Shown here in pieces: positions 10,182 to 20,405 of a stretch of 64,000 bases of DNA. Origin of the DNA: Selaginella moellendorffii (Eukaryota; Plantae; Lycopodiophyta). The position numbers and the translations under genes were made by a program. The notes under the pieces were generated by a model. The model had not been told where the DNA came from. It worked only from the letters and a program-made list of their open reading frames with translations, and made no database searches. The DNA is taken from positions 1,177,514 to 1,241,513 of the forward strand of contig NW_003314315.1 in NCBI RefSeq assembly GCF_000143415.4. Direction: 5' to 3'. Every line of letters starts with the position of its first letter. The first letter of the stretch is position 1.

Positions 10182-11650
10182 ATGGGCCCTTTCCCTCTAT
10201 ATTTGAACCCCATGGATCGTCTCTCAAGTCGTTCCCTTTGGTTGCTTACAAAGTCATCAGAGCTGGTGGAGGCTACTATCCATATCAACGCCAAGCAAGC
10301 TGACCACGCTCCACTTGATGCTGCCCATACCACTGAGTCAATCTTGTCCACGTATCCAACTGACGGTGACCAGGCGCCATTGGACCCACATGAGGCCGCC
10401 CCAGCCGCCGAGCCGGTCGTATCCTCATTTCCAACGGACTCAACGTGTGCCCAATCGTCTGACTACGCGCCGTTGGAACCTCCCTACACCGCCCCTGCTG
10501 CCTGTTCGGTCATGTTCACTTTGCCAGCTGAAATGGCGTGTGATCACACGCCATCGGAACCACCCCATGCCACTGTTGAGCCAGTTGTACCAGAGTCTAC
10601 AGTTGAAATGGCATGTGCCCACACGCCATCGGATGCGATTGACCCCACATTGCAGAGGAGAGTATTTCCGCCCTTCACGTTTCCTCAACCAAAACCCTCT
10701 CAACGACCATCGGGAGCAACATTCGCTAATATTGTAGATGGTAAAATTGACTTGTACCATTTTTTATGCTGACGCATTTCATTTCAGAGTCACGGCGAAG
10801 GTATTGTATCGTTTTTGATCTGAACGGTGTCCTTTTCTCCCATGAGCGTGGCTCGTCCTCGAATGTCATTGCACCCTCCAAAGCCTGCGGTCGCAAGTTG
10901 GTCAAAAGAGACAGATTCACATTAATCACACGGGAGAAACTGCAGGATCTAATAATGACCATGCGACACTTAAAACAGAGGGCCGGGTTCAATTTGCAAT
11001 TGGGAGTTTGGACATCCATGATGCGCCACAATGCATTAACGTTGCTACAGATGATGCACGATCAGACGCGAGTAATATTACCATTTGACTTTCTCCTAAC
11101 GCAGGAGGATTGCTTGACTATGGTCCATGTGAGGGGTAGCAAGCCCATCTTCGTCAAGCCAGAGGCTGTAGTGATGAACCGGACTGCTAGCTCAAGTGAA
11201 ATCCTCATCATCGATGACTCGCCGATTAAAACTGCAGCGAACACGCACACATATGCAGTGCATCCCATCTCTTGCAGTATGGAAACTAGGGAGAAGAAAC
11301 CGTATGTTCTGGGGGACCTTGCAAAACGGCTTGGAGCGATGGTGATAGAGAACCGGCCAGTCCAGGAGGTGGCTGCAGAAATCAACCAAATGGCAGATGG
11401 AACGGTATATCAGAAGCCATTTGATCGGACAGACACCAGTCATCATTTATGGCATGTATATTGTCTAGCCAAGCACTATCCGCATCTCCATAATCTACTC
11501 AACCGGATGGGTTCTTCGACCACTGAACATGAGCATGGACGTATTAGAGAAGAGATGGCATTACTATTGGGTTTAAATCCTGATAGTGTGGAGAGTGATG
11601 AAATTCCAAGATTATTGTATAGGCGTTGGAGGCAAAAAATAACAGTCTGA
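10182..11650 (+). CDS. Duplicated 3' exons encoding the FCP1/NIF-type HAD domain (5'-truncated copy, interrupted upstream by the TRIM)
   Basis: The 294-aa ORF 10766-11650 differs from 8043-8927 at only 3 residues; the same intron is retained near 10741-10787. Confidence 0.55.
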
Positions 11651-12537
11651 GATGGCATGTATTTATTTAAAAATGTAACTTATTATGGCATGGGGTTCCA
11701 TGCCATTGTATTAATATTAAAAGACAATTCTTTGAGAGGATTTGCATTATACTAGAAGTGTTACAGCATGTTATTGGAAGTCTACGAAGTTGTTTTATTA
11801 ATAATGGGAAAGTAAAGATTGAATGGGGACTTGGGCTCCACCTAGACTCGGAGCAATTGAGCCAATATTAAAAGGATAGAAAGAAATTGGACGACAATAA
11901 CAAGGAGAAGAGAGAGGTGAAGCAGTGGCAGGGGGAGGAGAAGTGATTGAGTAGACATTTCCTTGTTTAAAATAAAATGGCATGTGCCTCAATGCAGTTG
12001 AATTTTGTTATATTTATATACTATATAAAGGTTTGGAAACCTTATTTTACAAGTGGGATAATGACAATTCCCACTTTAACGAAATAGAGCTTTATTGGGA
12101 TGATGCTCGACACTTACGTGAGTTTCCTACATGTCTTCAAGGGACGGCACTGTAGTGGTACAATGGTTTGAGCACAGCCACTCGTGGGGATTGGAGTGTT
12201 ATTTCAGATGTCTTTAAACGCACATTTGGACATGCTATCGATTGTGACGATGCCTTCTAACAATTACATAGTTTTCTTCAAGGGTCATTTGAGTTAGAGA
12301 TGCAATTTGGCATTTGTTTCCAAAGCCTTTTACTTCATGCGAAGCCAAATATGTTAGAGAAGATCAAGTTAGGAATGTTATGGCCAACACTTCATTAAGA
12401 TTTTGTCAAACTTATGCATACACTTGCTCCAACCACCCTTGATAATGCTCTTCATTTGGCACAACGTTATGAAATGTCACATCTTTCAATTCTCACTACA
12501 CATCCTTTAGCTCTACTTCCTGTGGGTAATGGTCTTA

Positions 12538-14375
12538 TGTGAGACACAAAATCCCTAGGCCCCAAAGTGGAGCCGAAAGGGTGCCACGTGGTAGTGGCCA
12601 AAGCAAAAACCAAATGAGCATAACACGTTTGGACCAAAAGCTCCGACTTGGAAAGGTCAAGAGCGAGAGTGGAACTCCCAACAAAGTGCCCGAGGAACGA
12701 GCATGAAGCGAGCAATAAGCGAGGCTCCAAAAAGGGACCCAAAAGGACCCAAGATGGAGTCCAATATGGAGTCCGAGATGGAGTCCGAGATGGGACCCGA
12801 TATGGAGTCCGGTATGGAGTCCGAGATGGAGTCCGAGATGGGACCCAAGATGGAGTCCGAGATGGGACCTGAGATGGAGTCCGAGATGGAGTCCGAGATG
12901 GGACCCAAGATGGAGTCCAAGATGGGACCCGAGATGGAGTCCGAGGTGGACCCGAGTTGGAGTCCAAGGTGGACCCGAAATGGACCCGAGATGGAGTCCG
13001 ATATGGAGTCCGAGATGGAGTCCGAGATGGGACCTGAGATGGAGTTCGAGATGGAGTCCGAGGTGGACCCGAGATGAAGCCCGAGATGAACCCGAGATGG
13101 AGTCCAAGATGGAGCCCGAGATGGACCTGAGATGGAGTCTAAGATGGAGTCCGAGATGGACCCGAGATGGAGTCCAAGATGGAGTCCGAGATGGACCCGA
13201 GATGGAGCCTGAAGTTGAGACCGAGACCGGGACCGAGACCAGGACCAAGACCGAGATTGGGACTGAGACCGAGACTGAGGCCAAGACCGAGCCTGAGACC
13301 GAGCCCGAGACCGAGCCTGAGACCGAGCCTGAGACCGAGCCCGGTCCGAGTCTGAGTCCGAGTCCGAGTCCAAGTTTGAAAGGGTGAAAGCCCAAAGCAT
13401 TTGTCTCCTAGACCCTAGGGGGTTTGGTGAGCTCCAAAAGTATAGTAGGGGGAGGACTGCAGTGGAGCCAGTTTGGCCAGGAAAGGCCAGTTTGGCCCAG
13501 GAAGGCCGGACCCAGTGTTGGGTGATGAGCTGCCCACTGGGAAGTCCAAGACTAGAGTGAACACGGACCGACAAACGGGGTAGCTTGGTGAAGTGTTCAA
13601 GAGCCAGCTCTAGTTCCCCCGGGAGATCGACTGGCCGATGCTCCCAGTCCAAGTGTGGGTGGCACTACCTACTTGGATACCTGGTGTGGCTCAACGGAAC
13701 CTCGCTCTAAGCCCATGGCTAGAGCACCCAAGGGCAGAAGGTGAGGAGAGTACCCACGAGGCCCGTGTAGGGCCACGGTGTTCCGAAATGTTGCCCCAAA
13801 GTCCCAGACTATAGAAAGGAAGAGGAGTAGCCCTCTGGTGTGGTAACCAAAGACACAGTCACACAGTGAGGAAGTCCCAGAGGACAGTTGGACTGAGTGG
13901 TCGGGCCTGTGGGCCTTGATCCAGTGGCAGTGTTGGCGAACACGGCCACGAACAGAAAGGGACTTGGTGGGGACTGGAAAAGAGATATTAGGGAAGGCTA
14001 TTCCCCATGTCTGTGAGCATCCTAAGGATGCGGAGGAGTGGATATAGGATGATCACTCATGGACGGATGGCCCAGTTTTTGAGAGATGGGACTGTGATGT
14101 AGGTGGCGTTAAACCACTGGTGTGACCAAGGTGAATAGGCATGGCCTTAGCGTAACGGGCCGATATGTCAGTGGTACCTTGGGGTGTCGGTCATGGGATC
14201 GGACACGTGGAGCACTTGGACCAAGTGCTAAGGTTGTGTGGCATGGATGCCATTCTTGGGCTATCAAGCCCCAAGTCCCGAATTGGACTTTCGGAGGTCG
14301 TGAAAGAGACTCCTCCAAGTGGTTGGAGATGTGGTTAAGTGACTAAAATAGAATGGAAAAAATTAGTCGCTTACA
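12538..14375. mobile_element. Solo LTR (~1.84 kb) nested in the gypsy gag, containing a minisatellite
   Basis: TGTGAGAC...GCTTACA termini, TSD TCTTA/TCCTA; homologous inverted copy at 24102-25541. Confidence 0.8.
12752..13372. repeat. Minisatellite: 12-bp GATGGAGTCCGA/GATGGGACCCGA units grading into 6-bp GAGACC/GAGCCT/GAGTCC units
   Basis: Directly visible; produces low-complexity ORFs in all frames. Confidence 0.95.
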
Positions 14376-16457
14376 TCCTATTTTAATGGAGGTTGATGTT
14401 GCTACTGCTTGAGTCCAAGGATAAGGCCAAGGACATGGTTGTGGCCATGATGTTCGCTGTTATGTGTGTGATGAAGTTGGTCACACTTATCGGTATTGTT
14501 GGCATTTTCCGGATTGGCAACCTCCATTTCCTAGATGGAAACTTTGGGATCAACGACATGATGTTATCTAGTATGTGCATAGCTATGTTTGGTGCCAAGC
14601 TTGTAATACTCCCCCTCGTGCCACAAAAGGACAATTAGAATCAATTGCAATTTCCCGTCCGTTTGAATTAGTGGTGTTTGATTTTATGGGACTTTTTCCA
14701 CGATTAACTATTGGCAGTGAATATGTTATTATTGCTTCTAACTATTTGACTCATTTGGTGGAAGTTAGTGCTTTTGCTAGTGCCTTTGCAACTGCTATTG
14801 GATACTTCCTCCTCAATCAAGTGGTGTTCCAACATTCTTGTCTAGAGCGGATTCTTTCAGATAATGGTCCTGCATTTATGGCAAAGGTATTTCATGTTTT
14901 GATGTCTTGGTTGGGGATATGCCACACTTTCACGAGTGTTTATCATCCACAATCAGATAGTTTGGTGGAATAGCTCATTCGGACATTCAAAGGAATTATC
15001 GCAAAGTATGTGAACTTTCAACATTTGGATTAGGATGGTTATTTGCCGTATCTTCGGTATGCATATGTCATAGAGATGCAAAATTCTGTTGGTGCTTCAT
15101 TATATAAACTCCTATACAATCATGATTTAATATTACCAATAGAGTTGGGTTTACTTTCACAATTATTACGAGTTGCTGATGTTAGGTTGTGGGATCAATA
15201 TTTGATAAGCATTCTTCCACTTGTCTGAACAATGTTTGCTGAACACTTAAACCGCATACAAGTAAGACAACAATGGCACTATAACTCCCATCATCATCCA
15301 CCTGCAAAGTATAAAATAGATTACTTAGTGTTAGTTTGTTTTCCTTATTTTACTATATGTGGTTTATCTAAAGGGCTTCTTGCTCAGTAGAAAGACCATA
15401 TTAGGTGTTGTAGCAAGTTAGACCACAAGTTTATGAGATTCGGCATAATGTCCAGCAAGTCAATCCTCCAAAAATTGTGCATGTGCAACAATTAAAACAC
15501 TTCATATAAAGGAATAAAAAATAACTGATACCACCTACAAATCCACCAATGCCTCCTTTTAATGTTCCTCCAGATCTCGGTCCATTTACAAGAGAATCCT
15601 AATGGTTTTCTATTATTCCAAAAAGAGGGGATGATATGATTTCCAATTGTACAACTATAATGCCATATACTAATATTAGTGTAGTAAGATTTTGGTAGTT
15701 GTTAGATTAGTTTCAATATGAACCACTCACTTTTGTATATAAGCTAGGGTTTTTGGGTTAATTTATATACATATTTTCTGTATTCCCTTTCCATATTCCA
15801 TGCACTCATAATGATACTTATAAATTGTTAGTAAAATTGTATGTGAACCAAATAATTTAATTAAGTTTGAGCATTATAAAAATTTATAAAGTAGTCTAAT
15901 CATTTAATCCATCTATTATTTTACTACTCAGACTAAAATATGAAAAACTCAAAAGTATCAAGTAAATATTTCTAATTCTTTGCCAAAGTTGTTAATAATT
16001 TCTCAGAACTTTGAATGTAATGGATCTCCTTTGAATTCTGTACTAATATGATCCTAAGATTTAAAATTTAATATAAGAGGTGCTTCATCAGTCATCATCA
16101 ACACAACAACAAGAACCCAGAAAGTTTTGTATTTATCTATCTCTAATGCCAAAGCTAGTAACTTTGACACCTGGATTTTTCTGAAGAAGAGTAGTGCACC
16201 TTCTTGCGATGAATAGAGCATTTGATTTTACACTGCTTGCAGCTGGATCTGGGCACTTGCAACAAGAGAAATCCATCCAAGCCACAAGAAAAAAAGGGAA
16301 TTAATTGTGTCGTTCCTGATTGCGACTGCCTCCGGCATTTGGAGTGAGGCTGCGCGATGGGGGAAGAGTTTTCGCCGCGGAAAATTTCGTGGCTGGAAGC
16401 TAGAACCTGCCAGGACTTGAACCTCGGACGTCCCCATCATCCAACGGCCATGATGTG

Positions 16458-18152
16458 ATGCGCGTTCTTGGCGTCCAAGAGCTTGCCGCCCTCGTCAGAT
16501 CTTGTGACAATCCCAGCGATGGCCGCCAGATCCACGCCCAGATCCTTCACAGCGACCACAAGAACAGCGTCTTCCTGCGAAATCTCCTGGTCCAGATGTA
16601 TGGTCGCTGCGGCTGCCTGGAGGAAGCGCGATCGGTCTTCGATTCCACCTCGGATCGCAATCTCTTCTCTTGGAATCTCATCCTCCAGGCCTACATTCGC
16701 AACCACGACCTGGAGCAGGCGCGATCGGTCCTGGAAAGCATGCCGCAGCAGGAGATTGTGTCCAGCAACGCCATGATCTCGGCATACGCCGCGGCCGGAG
16801 ACGTGCAGCGCGCCAAGCAGCTCTTCGATCACATCCCTGCCAAGAATGCCATCACCTGGAACGCGATGATCGAGATGTACTCGCAGAGTGGCAACCTCAG
16901 CGAGGCGGAGGCGGTATTCCACTCCATGCCGGAGCAAACCCTCGTTTCTAGCACCGCTATGATTGTGGCATATGCCCATAACGGGCATCTCTCACGCGCG
17001 CGTGAGGTGTTCGATTCCCTGCCCCAAAAGGACGTGGTGGCGTGGACGGCCATGATCCAAGGCCACTGCCAGAACCAGCGGCTGGATGAAGCTAAGGATC
17101 TCTTCGATAGAATGCCCACAAGGAATGTAGTAACATGGACGACCATGATCACAGCATATGCCCAGGCAGGGCATATGGAGCAAGCAAAGAGTCTCTTTGA
17201 GGATGCCCCGGATCTTAATGAGGTGGCATTTACGGCTATGATCGACGGTTATGCATCTAACGGCTGCGTGGAAGAGGCTAAAGCTTTGTTTGAGAGGCTG
17301 CCAAACAAAGACGTGGTGGCTTGGAACTCCATGCTTTGCGCATATGCCGAGAATGGGCATTTGGACGAGGCATTAGATTGTTTCCAAAAGATGGCTCACC
17401 GCGACGAGATCTCTTGGACGACAATGATCCATATGCTTGCCTCTAGAAACCATCTTGAAAATGCAAAGTTTATTTTCGATCAAATGCCTTACGATAGCAA
17501 GACAGCGAGCACGGCACTCCTTTCGGCCTATCTCTGGAACGGCCACCTCCAAGAAGGGATAAGCCTCTTCCAGGCAATCGAGGAGCGCGATGCGATCTCC
17601 TGGATGGCAATGGTGGCTGGCTTTGCTCGCAAGGGACTCCTCTTGGAAGCTCGAGTTTGGTTTGAGAGAATGCCAGAGCGAGACTTGGTCTCATGGACTG
17701 CACTGGTGGCCATGTATGCTTCCACTGGGCATGTAATTGAGGCCCTGGAAACCTTCCATAGGATCATCCAGGAGAGCACAATGCCTGATCACATTGTATT
17801 TACAAGTGTACTTGCGGCATGCCGCCACTCGGGTGTTGTGAAGATCTCTCGGGACTACTTCCAATCAATGATCCAGGATTATGGAGTCGAACCCATAGGA
17901 GAACACTACTGTGGGCTTGTTGATGCGTTTGCAAGGGCTGGAGAGCTAGAGAAGGCCGAGGAGCTCATCCACAGCATGCCATTCGAGCCTGAGAGCGTTG
18001 CTTGGGTCTCGCTGCTGGCTGCTTGCCAAAAGATCCACAAGGATCCCAAGCGTGGAGTTCGAGCTGCCCAGAAACTCTTGGTGCTAGGGTTGGCCTCACG
18101 GTCGAATTTATATGTGCTGCTCGGCCAGAATTATGGAAGTGTATTAACTTGA
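16458..18152 (+). CDS. PLS-class pentatricopeptide repeat protein with E domain, no DYW
   Basis: Intronless 564-aa ORF with repeated ..VFD.MP..DVV.W.AMI..Y motifs; ends HYCGLVDAFARAG.LE.A..LI.SMPFEP..VAW.SLLAAC. Confidence 0.92.
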   Translation: MRVLGVQELAALVRSCDNPSDGRQIHAQILHSDHKNSVFLRNLLVQMYGRCGCLEEARSVFDSTSDRNLFSWNLILQAYIRNHDLEQARSVLESMPQQEIVSSNAMISAYAAAGDVQRAKQLFDHIPAKNAITWNAMIEMYSQSGNLSEAEAVFHSMPEQTLVSSTAMIVAYAHNGHLSRAREVFDSLPQKDVVAWTAMIQGHCQNQRLDEAKDLFDRMPTRNVVTWTTMITAYAQAGHMEQAKSLFEDAPDLNEVAFTAMIDGYASNGCVEEAKALFERLPNKDVVAWNSMLCAYAENGHLDEALDCFQKMAHRDEISWTTMIHMLASRNHLENAKFIFDQMPYDSKTASTALLSAYLWNGHLQEGISLFQAIEERDAISWMAMVAGFARKGLLLEARVWFERMPERDLVSWTALVAMYASTGHVIEALETFHRIIQESTMPDHIVFTSVLAACRHSGVVKISRDYFQSMIQDYGVEPIGEHYCGLVDAFARAGELEKAEELIHSMPFEPESVAWVSLLAACQKIHKDPKRGVRAAQKLLVLGLASRSNLYVLLGQNYGSVLT

Positions 18153-18199
18153 TATATAAAGATTCATTATGATTAAGCTAGGGCTCACATTATTTCTAT

Positions 18200-18855
18200 T
18201 AACTATGAAAAAGCCATGGGAGTATGTGACACTTGACATTACCACCAAAGAGAAAAAGAAAAAAATGACGTTGTCAGACCATTCTTTGCTACTGCCCTTA
18301 GCTTTGGAGAAGAAACTGAAGTTATCAAACCATTCTTTGCTACTGCCTTTACCTTTGGAGAAGAAACTCTTCTGTTGAAGATGGACAAGACATTAATCGA
18401 TGCTCACAAGGCCTTCAAGTTCTTTAGTGGGAAAACTATTCCCTTGTAACACTACTTTCTGGCAAAGAGGCTAGGTGTGAATAACTTTCTAAAAAAGATG
18501 AGTAAAATATATAAGATTGTGGTTTTTACTCGAGCAATAAAGCCATACAAAGCTCAACCCAATTGGGAATCTTTTTGCCCATCGTTTCTACAAAGATTTG
18601 TGCTCAACCAAGGAAATCAGAGGGAAAAAGGTTGTGAAAAATCTCTCAAAATTAGGGTGGGACCTCAAACATATGGTGATTGTGGATGACAAACAAGAAT
18701 CTTTTTGCTTGCAGCCCAATAATGAAATTGTCATTTGCACATTCAAGAATAGGAAAGGGCATAAATATTATGAATTGAACATGATAAGCAATCTGCTCAA
18801 GAAAATCACAAGCATTGAAAATGTAAGACAAGCATTGGAGAAGTTAAATAGTTAG
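18200..18855 (+). pseudogene. NIF/SCP-type CTD phosphatase-like pseudogene
   Basis: Broken frames give MDKTLI, KRLGVNNFLKKMSKIYKIVVFT and KNLSKLGWDLKHMVIVDDKQESFCLQPNN, with stops and frameshifts. Confidence 0.75.
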
Positions 18856-19102
18856 ACAATAAAGAAACTCATGTAAACACTCTGACTGTTTATGCTGTAA
18901 CACTGCTCACTCTAAATTGATTCTGGCATTGTTTCTGTCAATCATAATCAGAAAGCATCTCATGCTGGAAGAGTTTGCTCCACACTTTTATGGAAGAGAA
19001 GAATTGGTTGGAGACTTTTGTGTCGCTGGATGAAAGTTTCTGGATCTCACATTCCTGAAACAGTATCGTATATCAAGTATTCGTGCTTCTTTCCCTGTCA
19101 GC

Positions 19103-20150
19103 TATGCCGATGACCTCAGCTCCTTTGCTTGAAGCTCTCAAGAGAACCGGCAAGGAGCGTGCCACTGAGTTTCACTTCCCAGGCCACCCCTTCAATTTTC
19201 CAAGCTTCTCGGAGCTCAACTCTTCCAGTTTCATGTCCCGGAGATGCCAGGCCTGGATAACTTGCACTCGCCACAAGAAGCGCAGCAAATGGCTGGGTGT
19301 CGTGGTTCTTGGTTAACGGCTCTACGTGTGGAATGAGCTGCTGCAAGCCCGGAGACGTTTTGATCCTCCCCAGGAACGCCCACGTCTCGGCATTCTCTGC
19401 CATGGTATGTTCTTCCTTGTTATGAAGAGCTCTGGGAGATTTCTCACGGTGTCTCTGCCGAGAGCATCGAGTTGGCCATCTTGGATTTGCAGAAAAGAAA
19501 AGACGTAGGAATTGGAGTTGTTCTGATTGTCTTGCCAACTTACTTTGGAGTGTGTAGCCCAGTGGACGAGATTGCAAAGGTGTGTCACGACCATGGTATC
19601 CTGATCATAGTTGACAAGGCTCATGGAGCTCACTGCAAGTTCCACTCGAGGTTTCCTGTAACGGCACTCGAGCAGGGAGCCGACGTTGCTGTCCAATTCA
19701 CACATAAGGTACTCTCATCTCTTACTCAGTCTGGGATGCTCCATCTTGCGAGAGGCTGCAATATTGTAAAGCACGAGAGAATTAGCAAGTTCCTTGGAGC
19801 CTTGCAAAGCTCCAGTCCGAGTTACTTTCTCTTGGCCGCTCTCGATGCCGCAAGGGACCAGATGAGTTGTGCAGAAAGCAATGACCATCCACTGCTTGAT
19901 ACAGCTCTGGAGCTGGCTTCCACAGCTCGATGACGCCTGAAACAAATCCCACAAGTTTTAGTCCTTGATAGAGAAAATGTGAGCTTGGCAGCCAAACCTG
20001 ATACTCATGTTTGATGAGCTTAGGATCACCATTGGTTTGTGGGAGCTCAGTGTCACAGAAACTCTTGCTGATGACTTTCTGTGCGATAAATGCAAGGTGG
20101 CGGCCGAGCTTCCTCTTCTGAACTCCATAACTTTTGCTATGGGAGCCAAC
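19103..20150 (+). pseudogene. Orn/Lys/Arg decarboxylase (PLP-dependent, AAT-fold) pseudogene
   Basis: APLLEAL...FHFPGH, FLVNGST, PRNAH.S, PTYFG, IIVDKAHGAH, QFTHKVLSSLTQSGMLH, LQSSSPSY motifs spread over shifted frames; premature stop at 19933. Confidence 0.85.
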
Positions 20151-20346
20151 ACTAGCCACCCCTTGTCGACCAAACCAGTGTGGCAGCCATGGTTAGTCCC
20201 GACCATTCCGAATGCCGACCGGCCGACTGTGGTTATTGACCGGCTGTGAAAATGCCGAACGGCCGAACGGTTCACAAAATTTTTTTGAAAAAAAAAAAAA
20301 CATTTTTAGTAAAACCACATTAATAAAAGTAGGAAAACCAAAGCAT

Positions 20347-20402
20347 TAAACCAAACCAAACCAAACCAAACCAAACCAAAGCATTAGACCAAACCAAACC
20401 AA
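20347..20402. repeat. (AAACC)n microsatellite inside the hAT element
   Basis: Directly visible. Confidence 0.9.
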
Positions 20403-20405
20403 CTA

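Larger units (their letters stand above)
9655..10250 (-). mobile_element. Cassandra-type TRIM (non-autonomous LTR retrotransposon with 5S rRNA-derived LTRs)
   Basis: Two 195-bp LTRs (9655-9849, 10056-10250; TG...CA; one mismatch seen). tRNA-iMet PBS TGGTATCAGAGC on the minus strand (10042-10053). 206-bp non-coding interior. TSD GAGTC/AAGTC, with the empty site GAGTC at 7516-7520 in the paralogous copy. Confidence 0.93.
1..12092. mobile_element. Right part of an unclassified large mobile-element-like island; left end is outside the window
   Basis: Marked throughout by the ATGGCRTG-N6-CAYGCCAT palindrome, which I did not see beyond 12 kb. Ends abruptly at ...GAAATAGAGCTT (12092), where a gypsy gag frame starts mid-domain. 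Terminal 2.1 kb is tandemly duplicated. No transposase seen in the window. Confidence 0.55.
7236..12092 (+). repeat. Head-to-tail duplication of the island's 3' end (7236-9369 and 9370-12092)
   Basis: Near-identical copies. The length difference (2134 vs 2723 bp) equals the 596-bp TRIM plus 5-bp TSD minus a 12-bp deletion. Confidence 0.95.
12093..15700 (+). mobile_element. Degenerate Ty3/gypsy retrotransposon remnant (gag, zinc knuckle, integrase, PPT)
   Basis: WDDARHLREFPTCLQGTAL*WY gag-like frame at 12.1 kb; CYVCDEVGHTYRYC knuckle at ~14455; integrase core FDFMG...ILSDNGPAF...YHPQSD.LVE at 14.66-14.97 kb with stops; AAAAGAGGGG PPT at ~15621 followed by TG. Confidence 0.85.

Noticed and set aside
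38-11706. CRISPR array interpretation of the palindromes
   Set aside because: Spacing is irregular (60 bp to over 1 kb), copies lie in introns and exons, no cas genes are present and the context is eukaryotic.
12467-13652. Long ORFs (166-331 aa) on both strands
   Set aside because: Artefacts of the 12/6-bp minisatellite inside a solo LTR.
18200-18855. NIF pseudogene as the source of the island's HAD domain
   Set aside because: Different subfamily signature (SCP-like D.TL and KNLSKLG.DL versus DLNGVL) and no visible nucleotide similarity.
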